Shown: positions 10,287-20,033 of the stretch, in pieces
Position numbering within the stretch: position 1 is the stretch's first letter
Layout: each line of letters starts with the position of its first letter
Assembly: GCA_963719245.1 (NCBI GenBank)
Contig: CAVRBG010000006.1
Location: 78,905 to 142,904, forward strand
DNA from: an uncultured Actinomycetes bacterium
GTDB taxonomy: Bacteria > Actinomycetota > Acidimicrobiia > IMCC26256 > DASPTH01
Direction of reading: 5' to 3'
DNA length: 64,000 bases
The notes under the pieces: generated by a model
Databases searched by the model: none
Seen by the model: the letters and a program-made list of their open reading frames with translations, nothing else
Told to the model about the DNA's origin: nothing
Made by a program: the position numbers and the translations under genes

Positions 10287-11233
10287 ATGGACGCGCCCGA
10301 TCCCCGACGCGCGCGCGACAACGCCCTCAACACCGAGCTCCTGCGGGCCGAGCTGCCCAGCGGCGCGCTACGTCGACGAGGCCTACCTCCGGTGGCTCTA
10401 CGACGAGAACCCGTACGGACCCGCCATCCAGCGCGGGGTCGACGACGACGGCGTGCGGGTCGCGCACTACGCGCTCATCCCCCAGCGGTACCGCGGTCGC
10501 GACGGCGTGGTCCCCGCGGCGTTCTCGCTGCACGCGGTCGACGCGCAGCGGCACCCAGCGCAAGGGCTACTTCCAGCAGCTCGGCGCCGAGATCTACGAC
10601 GAGGCGGCCGCCACCGGGCTGGCAGTTCTCGACCGGCGTGTGCAACGACAAGTCGATCGGCGCAGTCGTGAAGTACATGGGCTGGAAGACACCAGGTCCG
10701 CTGCCGGTCAAGCTGTGCGTGCCCGATGCACACCGGACGCGGCGTCACCAGCACGCCGGTCGACGCCGCGTTCCTGGCCGAGCCGCCGAGTTCGACGAGC
10801 TCACCGCCGGGACTCGACGACTTCGCCGTCGAGCAGTGGACCAACTCGTACACCACCGAGTACCTGCGGTGGCGGCTCGCCTGCCCGAGCGCGCAGTACG
10901 CGCTGCACTCGAACGACGACCTCGTCGCGATCACGACCACCGACACGCGCTTCGGTGTGCGCGCCGCGGTCGTGCTGAAGGTGTTCGGCCGACGCGGCGG
11001 CAGCACGCCGGTCACGGCCGACGCGATGGTCGGCGCCGCCTGCCGCTTCCACCGCGCGCCCGTACGCCGTCTACGCGGGCTTCAACCGGCGGGTGCGCGT
11101 CCGCGGGGTGCAACCGCCGCGCCGCCTCCAGCCGTCGCCGTTGCACCTCATCCTGCGTTCGCTCTCGCCCGCCGTCGACCAGGACACCTTCGGCGTCGAC
11201 ACCTTCGAGTTCCTCGACATGGACGCGTACTGA
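10287..11233 (+). pseudogene. GNAT/FemAB-like (Acetyltransf_6-type) acyltransferase; about 5 frame changes
   Basis: Pieced from three frames: MDAPDPRRARDNALNTELLRAELPSG / RYVDEAYLRWLYDENPYGPAIQRGVDDDGVRVAHYALIPQRYRG.. / QRKGYFQQLGAEIYDEAAATG / WQFSTGVCNDKSIGAVVKYMGWKTPGPLPVKL / ..EQWTNSYTTEYLRWRLACP.. / YAVYAGFNRR..FEFLDMDAY*. The stop is at 11231-11233. Confidence 0.6.
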
Positions 11234-12062
11234 TGGTCGGCCGGAATGACGCAGACAGGTCACCTTCACCCTCGATCTCGAGGACCACCGCCCGTCGGCC
11301 GACGCCGAGGAGCGCTACCCCGCGCTCACGCGGCAGGTGCTCGACTTCCTCGACGCCCGCGACACCCGCGGCACGTTCTTCGTCGTCGGCGAGACCGCCG
11401 ACGACCATCCCGACCTGATCGCCGAGATCGCCCGGCCGCGGCCACGAGATCGGCCTGCACGGTTGGCGTCACCAGCCCCTCACCGAGCTGTCGCCGGCGT
11501 CGTTCCCCGCCGACGTGATCCGGGGCAAGGCCCGGCTCGAGGAGCTCGCGGGCACGCCGGTGCGTCGGCTTCCGGGCCCCGACGTTCTCGCTCGTGCCCG
11601 AGTCCGCGGTGGGCGGTCGACGTGCTCCGCGACGCCGGCTTCACCTACTCGTCGAGCGTGCTCCCGGCGCGGAGCCCGCTGTTCGGCGACCCGACGCTGC
11701 CCACGACGCCGTTCCGCTGGCCCAACGGGCTCGTCGAGCTGCCGTGCCCGGTCGTGCGCGACCGGGGGGTCGGGCTCCCCTACCTCGGTGGCGTGTACCT
11801 GCGCGCGATCCCGGGGGCCGCGTCGGCCGCCGCCCGGCGCAGCGTCGGTCGCGACCAGCTGCTGTGGATCTACTGCCACCCGTACGACTTCGACCCCGGC
11901 GAGGAGTTCTGGGTCGTCCCCGACGCCGGTCGGATCGGCAGCCGGCTGCTCTGGTACAACCGCCGCCGCACGTTCGCCAAGATCGAGGCGATGCTGCGCG
12001 GCCGCGCCGGTCCTCCGCTCGCCGAACGTCTCCCCGAGGTCCCCGCCGCCACCCATGTCTGA
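11233..12062 (+). pseudogene. Polysaccharide deacetylase family protein with a DUF3473-like C-terminal region; about 4 frame changes
   Basis: The ATG overlaps the upstream stop (TGATG). Pieced sequence: MVGRNDADR / VTFTLDLEDHRPSADAEERYPALTRQVLDFLDARDTRGTFFVVGETADDHPDLIAEIAR / GHEIGLHGWRHQPLTEL..IRGKARLEELAGTPV / GFRAPTFSLVPESA / WAVDVLRDAGFTYSSSVLPARSPLFG..LWIYCHPYDFDP.. (ORF 11337..12062). Confidence 0.7.
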
Positions 12063-12792
12063 TTCCGACTTCACCCAGCTCGAGATGGTGCACCGGCTCC
12101 CGCCGGCGACCCTCGTCGACCGCTTCGACTACCTGCTGCGAGCTCGCGACGGCACGACGCGTCGTGCACGTCGGCTTCGTCGACGCCGGCTGCCAGATGC
12201 TCAACGAGCAGTCGGGCGCCTGGCTGCACGAGCACCTCGCCGCGCAGCGCCTCCGAGCTGGTCGGCCTCGACCTCGACACCGCCGGCGTCGACGACGCCC
12301 GGCGACGCGGGTACGAGGCCTACGCGTCGACTGTCGCGACGTCGACGCGGTGCGCGCGCTCGGGTCGCCGCCGGCCGACGTCGTCGTCGCCGGCGAGGTG
12401 ATCGAGCACCTCGACGATCCCGGCGGCGTTCCTCGACGGCGATGCACGCGCTCGTCGCGCCGGGCGGGCTGCTCGTCGTCACCACGCCGAACGCCAGCGG
12501 TCTCGTGAACGCGGCCGCGCTCTTCGGGCAACCTCGAGGTGAACCACCCCGACCACGTCGCGCTGTACACGTGCACGACCCTCGACACCATGCTCGTCCG
12601 CCACGACTGGCAACCGGTCGAGCACGCGGTCTACCTGCAGCAGGTGAAGAGCAGCGGCACCGACACGCGGAGCCGGGTGCTCGCCACCGGCGCCCGCGCC
12701 GTCCTCGGCGCTCGAACGCCTGCTGGCCCGGCTCGGCCGCCCGTACGCGGCCGACGGGCTGATCGTCACCGCGCGTGCCGACGTCAGCCTGA
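12055..12792 (+). pseudogene. Class I SAM-dependent methyltransferase; about 6 frame changes; 3' end uncertain
   Basis: The ATG at 12055 overlaps the deacetylase stop by 8 nt. Pieced sequence: MSDSDFTQLEMVHRLPPATLVDRFDYLL / ELATARRVVHVGFVDAGCQMLNEQSGAWLHEHLAAQ / ASELVGLDLDTAGVDDARRRGYEAYA / VDCRDVDAVRALGSPPADVVVAGEVIEHLDDPG / MHALVAPGGLLVVTTPNASG / NHPDHVALYTCTTLDTMLVRHDW.. The stop could not be fixed unambiguously. Confidence 0.55.
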
Positions 12793-13155
12793 ACTCGTCC
12801 CCGCCCGCGGTCCGAGGCGCTCCTCGAACTCCTCGCGCAGCAACGCGTGCTCCTCCGCGAGCGCGCGCGTGCGATCTTCCAGCCGCGAGAGCTCCCACGA
12901 GAAGTGCAGCACCAGCACCAGCAGGAAGCTCAACGCCAGCAGCATGAACGTGGCCGGCGGGTAGCCGATCCCGAAGAGGTCGGAGAGCCACTCGAGCAGG
13001 TCGGGGAAGACGGCGAGCACCGCGAGGCCGAGGCCGATCGAGAACCAGAGCACCGAGTACTTCGCCCGCAGCCGGCGGCTGCGCACCAGGTGGATGATGA
13101 ACGCGATCACCGCCGCCGCGAGCACGATGATCAGGATGTGGGCCTCGGTGCTCAT
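12784..13155 (-). CDS. DUF2304-family small membrane protein (usual partner of a GT2)
   Basis: This is the tail of ORF 12784..13851(-): MSTEAHILIIVLAAAVIAFIIHLVRSRRLRAKYSVLWFSIGLGLAVLAVFPDLLEWLSDLFGIGYPPATFMLLALSFLLVLVLHFSWELSRLEDRTRALAEEHALL.. It is 123 aa. The ATGA overlap is with the stop of the upstream GT2 frame. Confidence 0.7.
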   Translation of the reverse strand: MSTEAHILIIVLAAAVIAFIIHLVRSRRLRAKYSVLWFSIGLGLAVLAVFPDLLEWLSDLFGIGYPPATFMLLALSFLLVLVLHFSWELSRLEDRTRALAEEHALLREEFEERLGPRAGTSSG

Positions 13156-13918
13156 GTCGTCCTCGCTCGCTGTCGTCGCGGCTCGCCGTGCGCCGGGCGC
13201 GCTGGTTGCGGCTGGTCGTCGAGACCAGCAGCACCACCAGCAGGCGCACGTAGTAGTAGACGAGCTTGAAGTTGCGGGTGCTCGGGCGCGCCGCCGGTGC
13301 GGCCGCGCATGTTGGCCGGCACCTCCTCCACCCGGAACCCCGCGTTGCACGCCTGCACCAGCGCCTCGACCGAGTCCATGTACTCCACCGGGTAGTTCTG
13401 TCGGCGAAGTACTCGAGCATCGGGCGCGAGAACGCGCGGAACCCGGAGCTGGTGTCGGTGAAGCTGCTGGCGGACCAGCACCTTCACCAGCCACTGCAGC
13501 ACCTTCATCGCCCGGCGGCGGATGCCGCTCACCGAGTAGGTGACCGCGCCGCCCTCGGCGAAGCGGCTGCCGATGACCATGTCGGCGCCGCGGTCGAGGC
13601 CGTCGAGCAGCGCCTGCACCGCGAGGGGGTCGTGCTGGCCGTCGGCATCGAACTGCACCGCGCGCTGGTACCCGTGGCGCACCGCGTACGTGAAGCCCGG
13701 TGCGCAACGCGCCACCGATCCCGAGGTTGAACGGGAGCACCGCGACGTGGACGCCCGCGGCGTGCGCGAGCTCGGCGGTGCGGTCGGTGGAGCCGTCGGA
13801 CACGACGAGCACGTCGTAGTCGGGCGTCTGCTCGGCGAGCTCCTTGAGCACCGCGGGCAGCGACTCCTCCTCGTTGTACGCCGGGATGATGACGAGCGCG
13901 CGTGCGCACGCTGGTCAC
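13152..13918 (-). pseudogene. GT2-family glycosyltransferase (polyprenyl-phosphate sugar synthase / DPM1-GtrB-like); 5 or more frame changes
   Basis: Pieced from ORFs 13529..14230, 12784..13851, 13152..13715 and 12479..13420: ALVIIPAYNEEESLPAVLKELAEQTPDYDVLVVSDGSTDRTAELA..LPFNLGIGGALRTG / FTYAVRHGYQRAVQFDADGQHDP..MVIGSRF / FTDTSSGFRAFSRPMLEYFA / NYPVEYMDSVEALVQACNAGFRVEEVPANM / STRNFKLVYYYVRLLVVLLV. The GTG at 13916-13918 overlaps the upstream stop. Confidence 0.7.
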
Positions 13919-15197
13919 GATGACGCCTCGGCCGGCGCGCGCCGCCACAGCGACGAGAGCGGCTTGTCCTTCAAGCCGCAGGAACGGCTTCTCGACCAGG
14001 TAGTAGCTGAGGAACGCGAGCGCGATCGCACCGACGAAGGTGAGCGAGAACACCGCGGGGAGCGAGCCGTAGAACACGCTGCTCGTGCCCTCGGGCGCCA
14101 GCCACTCCTGCACGTTGGTCATCACCGCGAGGTGGAAGAGGTAGAAGCCGAGCGACACCGTGCCGAGCAGCACCAGCGGCTTGCTGGCCAGGAACCGCCG
14201 GCCCCAGCCCTGGGTCTGGTCACCGAACATCGCCGGCGACGAGCAGGAAGAACGCGAACACGCCGAACAGGAACCAGCGCACCCAGTACTCGGCGCCGTA
14301 GACGCCGGGCGTGTCGGGCGGCGAGAACGTGGCGAAGCTCAGACCGACGAGCCGCCGCGATCGCACCACGACACCGCGGGATGGTCACCGAGGAACCGCA
14401 GGAGCGACGGCAGCCGCATGCCGGCGTGGTGCGCGGCGCTCCACGTGGCGGTGGCCATGCCGATGGCGAAGAAGTCGACCCAGTTCGGCGCCCAGATCAC
14501 CGCCACCCGCTCCCAGGACGGCTCGGCCAGGAGGAAGTAGAGCCGGAAGAGCTGCCCGAACAGGTACAGCGCCAGCGCAGATCACCGAGCGCGTTGCGCA
14601 CCTGCACCTCCGGTGCCTTCTTCGCCGCCGAGCCGTACGAGCAGGATCGCGAGCACGGGCAGCATGAAGTAGAAGACGTACTCGGCGGTGAGGCTCCACG
14701 CCTGCGGGATCGCGTAGTTGCCCTCCTGTCCCGGGCCCGCCGCCGAGCGCGACGCTCTGGCTCGCGAACGGGAACAGCAGCGAGTAGTAGAGGAACGCGT
14801 CCTTGGCGCTCCCGAGGATCTGGCCGAGGAACACGACGCAGAACGTGAGCGCGAACCAGTAGCCGGGAAGCACCCGCAGCGAGCGACGCCGCAGGAAGGT
14901 GCCGGTGTTCACGGGCGGCCGGCCGCCGAGCTGGCGGGCGACGAACGGCCGGAACAGCAGGAACCCCGAGAGCACGAAGAAGATCGCCACGCCGACGTCC
15001 ATGCGCTCGAGCAGCGCCTGCACCCACTCGGGGAGGTGCTCCTGCACCCACGGACGCGTCGCGAACGCCGCGTGCACGAGCAGCACCATCGTCATGCCGA
15101 AGAACCGGAACGCGTCGAAGCACGGGAAGTGCAGGGTCGGACCGGCTTCGAACCCCGCGGCCCCGATCTCTTGTGACGCCCCTCCCGTCGGGCTCAC
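13915..15197 (-). pseudogene. Acyltransferase family 3 (membrane O-acyltransferase); 4 or more frame changes
   Basis: ORF 14385..15197(-) gives the N-terminus (FDAFRFFGMTMVLLVHAAF.., IFFVLSGFLLFRPF, LRRRSLRVLPGYWF). The middle reads NYAIPQAWSLTAEYVFYFMLPVLAILL in another frame. ORF 13529..14230(-) gives the C-terminus (LLGTVSLGFYLFHLAV..YYLVEKPFLRL). Confidence 0.7.
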
Positions 15198-15198
15198 G

Positions 15199-16672
15199 TC
15201 AGCTCGACGGCTCCGCGACTTCCTCGTGGTACTCCTCTTCGACGTTCACCGACCAGACGTCGTGATCGGCGCCGAAGATGTTCTCCACGCTGAGCATCGC
15301 GGTGTACATGGAGTGGTCCTGGTTGTTGTAGCGGTGCATCCCGTTGCGCCCGACCGGATGCACGTTGGGCGTGTGCTCCTCGAGCCATCCGCGCAACGTC
15401 TCGACGTGCTGCCTTGTACTCCCAGTCGTAGAACGGGTACGCCTTCGGGGTGCGCTCGACGTAGCCGGCCTCGACCTTCGTCGGATCGACCAGGCCCAGG
15501 TGCTGCAGCTCGCGCTTGGCCTGCTCGACGAGGTCGGCGTCGGACTTCGTCCACATCTCGTCGCCCTCCTGCACGAAGAACTCGAGCCCGAGACAGGTTC
15601 GGCCGTCCTTCACGAGGTACGGTGACCACGAAGCAAAGTTCTGGATGCGACCGACCTCGACGTCGGGGTCGTGGATGTAGATCCAGGTGTCCGGGAACCC
15701 GCATTCCTCGGGCACCACGACGGCGACGGTCATGAAGTCGCGGTACCGGAGCGACTCCGCTGCCTTGAGCACCTCGGAGGGCACCGGCGGATCCATCGCC
15801 TCGAGCAGCCCACTGATGGGCATGGACGAGATGACGTCGGTGCAGTCGTACCGGGTGGTCGAGCCGTCGTGGTGGCGGGCGACCACCGTGCGCGCCTTGC
15901 CGTCGGCGTGCTCGATGCGATCCACCAGTGCACCGAACTCGACGGTGGCGCCCTCGGCGGTGACGAGCTCGGTGCACCGCTCCCACATCTGTCCGGGGCC
16001 GTACTTCGGGTAGTTGAACTCCTCGATCAGGCTCGTGACCTGCTTCGACTTGTCACGGTTGCCGATCACCTTGGCGCGGATCGGCTCCCACACCGCGGCG
16101 AACAGCGACATGCCCTTGATGCGTTGCGCGCCCCAGTCGGAGGCGATCTCGGACGCGGGGACGCCCCACACCTTCTCGTTGTAGGTCTTGAAGAAGTGGT
16201 TGTAGAGCCGCCGGCCGTAGTTCGCGACGACGTATCCCTCGAGCGTGTCCTGGTTCGTGGGCGGTCGCACCTTGGCCCACAGGTAGGAGAACCCGCACAG
16301 CACTGCTTCGACCGGGCCGAGGTTCTTCAGCGCGTTCAACGGCTTGATCGGGTAGTCGTAGAGCTTGCCCCGGTAGTGGATGTGGCTCATCCGCGGGCGC
16401 CGGAGGAAGTCGTCGGGGCCGAGGATCTCGAACCACAGGTCGTTGACCGGCTTCACCTTGGTGAAGAACCGGTGCCCGCCGATGTCGAAGCGCCAGCCGT
16501 CGCGCACCGCGGTGCGGCTGATGCCGCCGACGACGGACTCGGCCTCGAGCACGGTCGACGCCACGCCCCGCTTGGTCAGCATGTAGGCCGCGGTGAGGCC
16601 GGCGGGGCCGGCCCCGATGATGACGACGTCGTGGTCGGCCGCCGAATCGGCGTGGGGGGTGGGATCACTCAC
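15199..16672 (-). CDS. FAD/NAD(P)-dependent oxidoreductase of the amine-oxidase / UDP-galactopyranose-mutase-like fold; one frame change near the C-terminus
   Basis: ORF 15194..16672(-): HDVVIIGAGPAGLTAAYMLTKRG..VLEAESVVGGISRT..WRFDIGGHRFFTK. It joins near 15412 to ORF 15199..15396(-) (..QHVETLRGWLEEHTPNVHPVGRNGMHRYNNQDHSMYTAMLSVENI..). Confidence 0.75.
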
Positions 16673-16789
16673 GGGGAGACACTCCGGACGGACGGGCGAA
16701 ATTCGCTGGCGCTTCCAGCTTCGCGCCCCGGCAGTCTACGGGGCGGCACCTGCGCGCCCGGGGTCCTGAACCTGCCGTTCCGGACCCGA

Positions 16790-17907
16790 TCAGGGCCCCG
16801 AGATGCCCAGGAACGCAAGGGCGGCGTAGCCCACCAGGCCCGCGGCGGCGAGCACGTAGGCCCCCCGCTCGACCTCCTCGCGGTCGGTGACCAGCGGCCA
16901 GCGCGAGGAGGAACGGGAACGTGCTCATGCAGTAGCGCTCGAAGGAGTCGAGGTTCTTCGCCGAGAGCCCGAGCACCAGGGTCGCGGCGGCGTAGAGCGA
17001 GTAGGACGCCGGGAGCCGGCGGATCAGCACGACGAGGAGCGCGGCGAAGACGACCGCCCAGACGATGTGCAGGCCCGATCCGAACCGGTCGCCGCCGAAG
17101 AGGTCGCCGACCGCGTCGACCGTCCGCGAGAAGGGGTCCTGGAACCCGCCCCGGAGCGTCGCCCGGTTCTGGAGCGAGACCGGTTTCCAGAAGTCGCCGA
17201 ACTCCACGCCGACCCAGGCCAGGTAGGCGGCCGCGCCGGCCACCGGGGCGACGACCACGCCGACCCCCGCCACCCGTGACCGTGCCGACGCGCCACGCCA
17301 GCCCGCGCGCCACCTCGACCGCGGCCGGGATCACCAGCAGCACGCCGACCGGCCGGCAGAGGCCGGCCAGGAAGCCCGCGACCACGGCCCAGCCGTAGCG
17401 GGAGGAGCGCAGACCGAGGAACACGACGACGCCGAGCATCATGGCGGTGGCTTCGGCGTACCCGAGCACCAGCACCGCGGCGGCGGGGAACAGCGCAGCG
17501 AACCACGCGGCGCGCGCCGCGCCGTGCCGGGGTCGCCGGTCTCCCGGAGCGCGAGCCGGTGCAACAACGCACCGAACACGAGCGCGGAGACGTTCGCGAC
17601 CACCAGCAGCGCGGCGGCAGTGTGGCCGAGGAACACCCATCCGAGACCGCGGCCCAGCATGGGCACGAGCGGGAAGAAGCGCAACGACGCGTCGCCGACC
17701 GCCGCGGTACCCGTGCTCGGCGATGTCGCGGATAGAACGCGGCGTCCCAGGCGAACAGGCCCTGACCGAGCGCGACCGGTCGCGGCGGCGCGCCGACCTT
17801 GTCGAAGATGTCGCGCGAGAACGCCGAGCGCGCCGACGACGAGGACACGCCCCAGCAGCCCACGGCACCACCGCGACCCGCAGGTCGCGTCGCACGAACG
17901 ACCTCAT
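16790..17907 (-). pseudogene. PIG-V/mannosyltransferase-2-like GT-C membrane glycosyltransferase; 7 or more frame changes
   Basis: Pieced from ORFs 16669..18051, 17024..17863, 17439..17684 and 16665..17273: MRSFVRRDLR.. / LFAWDAAFY+RDIAEHGY (the WDxxxY..IAxxGY signature) / FFPLVPMLGRGLGWVF.. / AWFAALFPAAAVLVLGYAEATAMML.. / YLAWVGVEFGDFWKPVSLQ..LSAKNLDSFERYCMSTFPFLLALA / ..VGYAALAFLGISGP*. The ends are inferred. Confidence 0.6.
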
Positions 17908-17933
17908 CCGGCTCCGGATCGGATCAGCTGGAG

Positions 17934-19949
17934 ACGTCGACCTGGAGGGTCGAGAGGTGGAGGACATCGCGCTGGACGATACGTTCTGGGGTCGGCCGTA
18001 CGACGGTCTTCCGCGGCGGGTCGAGCAGCTGCACGTCGCCGTCGTGCACACGGAACGGATACCGCTCCCGCACCTGGGGACCGGTGAGGGCCGCCGCCGC
18101 GGTCGCGCCCCGCCCGGCGGTCGACCGTGACCGCGCCCTGGCCCGAGACCGGGATGAGGTCGTTCGCCGCGGAGATCGACGAGTCCGTCGTGCCCGCCGG
18201 GACCAGCGTCCAGGTGGTCTCGTAGACGCCGTCGGCGGACGGTTCGAGCACGCGCTGCTCGACCCGGTCGCCGACCTTGAGCATCGCGACGACGCTCGGT
18301 GCGTCCGTCGGGTTGCGCACCTGTACCCGGAGCGTCACGGCGGGGCCACTGACGATCTTCACCGGGAGCAGGGACACGACGGGTGGCGACGCATCCGGAT
18401 GGTGGATGGCGTCGTCGAGCGCGGGGTTGCTGGTGCGCTGGATGTACGGGACGCGGTCGGGATAGTGGTCGATCAGACGGAACGACCCCGCGCCGCGGTC
18501 GACCGCGTAGAGCACGCGGCCGTCGAGATCGGGCGCGTTCTCCGAGAACGGATTCATGTGCAACAGGTACGGACCGGAGTCACGGATGATCACCAGCGAC
18601 TTCCCGCGCAGCGAGTCCGTCGAGTGCTGCCACGGTTCCTGTGCCGCGCTGATGCGGTGGTTCATCGCCGCTTTGTCGTAGAGGAACGGCGCGGTGGCGA
18701 CCGCCATCACGATCAGCAGCCCGATCAGCAGCGCCCGGCGACGCTGCCAGAGCGCGACGAGCGCGGTGGCGATGAAGATGCACAGCGGCACGAACAGCGG
18801 CACGAAGTACACCGGACCGGAGAGGTAGGCGAACCCACTGGCGAGCCGGTTGCCCCAGAACACGAAGTAGCCGGCCGGGAACACCAGCATCATCGCCAGC
18901 AGCAACCACGTGGTGCGGTCGCGGCGGCGGAGCCACAGACCCGAGATCGCAGCCAGGAGCCCGACGTAGCTGCCAACCAGGAATTGCGGGACGTAGAACG
19001 AGCTGACGCCGCTGCCCCGTACCGCCTGGTTGAACGTGTAGTTCATGCCGACGATCCGCGGCATCAGGCGCCGGTAGCCGAACCCGAACTTGTCGAGCGG
19101 CTCCTTCGCGGCGAAGGGGAACTGGGTGAACGAGCCGGTGACGATGTGGTTGTGGACGAGCGCGAGCAGCAGGAACGGCAGGAACCCCAGGAACACGAAG
19201 ACAACGGCCTTCGCCTGTCGACTCCACTCCCTCCAAGTGGTGAAGATCGCGTAGCCGCCCATCGCCGCGGCCCACAGCACCGCGTCGAACGGACGGGTCG
19301 CGAACACGACGCCGAGCAGCAACCCGGACGCGACCAGGAGCCACCACGAGGTCCGGCGCACACCGGCGAGCAGCGCTGCGCCGAACAGCAGGCCGGTACC
19401 GAGGGTGAAGAGGTAGCCGAGGTACACACCGGCCTGGGTGATCACCATGGGGCACGCCAGCATCAGGGCGGCGGTGATGAGCGAGAGGCGGTGGTCGCGG
19501 GTGATCTCGCGCGCGAACACGTAGCTGCCGAAGATCGCGAGGACCGTGCCCCACACGATCGATGCCGCCGGCGAACCGAAGAGCAGGTCGGCGATCAACA
19601 TCAGACCGGGCCAGCCGAGCGTGTACTGCGAGAAGAACTCGCCGTGCGAGACCCCGGTCAGCCACGGCTGGAAGAATTGCGGGAGCCCGCCGGTCGTCGT
19701 CAGCAGGTCGCCGACACGTAAGCCACCCACTTGCCAGAGGTACGTGGACTCGTCGCGGTTCCACGACAGCGCCGGGTACACGACGTGGCGGACCACCACC
19801 GAGAGGACCGCGGTGCCGACGAGCAGAGCCAGGAGCAACCAGTAGCGGGTGATCCACCCGACGACGCGAGAGCGCTCCCGGGGGACGGGATCCGGGTTCT
19901 CGACCGGCGCGATCGCATCCGCGTCGAGATCGGTGTCCGTTCGCCCCAC
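17934..19949 (-). CDS. Large polytopic membrane protein, GT-C-like (ArnT/PMT_2-like core) with a C-terminal extracytoplasmic domain; one frame change near the 3' end
   Basis: ORF 17904..21011(-), of which only the part from about VGRTDTDLD.. is credible. A GTG at 19949 is the preferred start; an ATG at 20024 is the alternative. It has about 12 TM segments, a first-loop YPALSWNRDESTYLWQ motif, and GWPGLML and FATRPFD motifs. After about 18110 the convincing reading is LTGPQVRERYPFRVHDGDVQLLDPPRKTVVRPTPERIVQRDVLHLSTLQVDVSS*, with the stop at 17934. Confidence 0.6.
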
Positions 19950-20033
19950 CGCTTCGAGTCTACCGATGGCCTCTCCCGGACCCGGGTCACATGCGGCGGG
20001 CTCCGACCCCCCGCGGCGTAGCATCCGTCGCTC

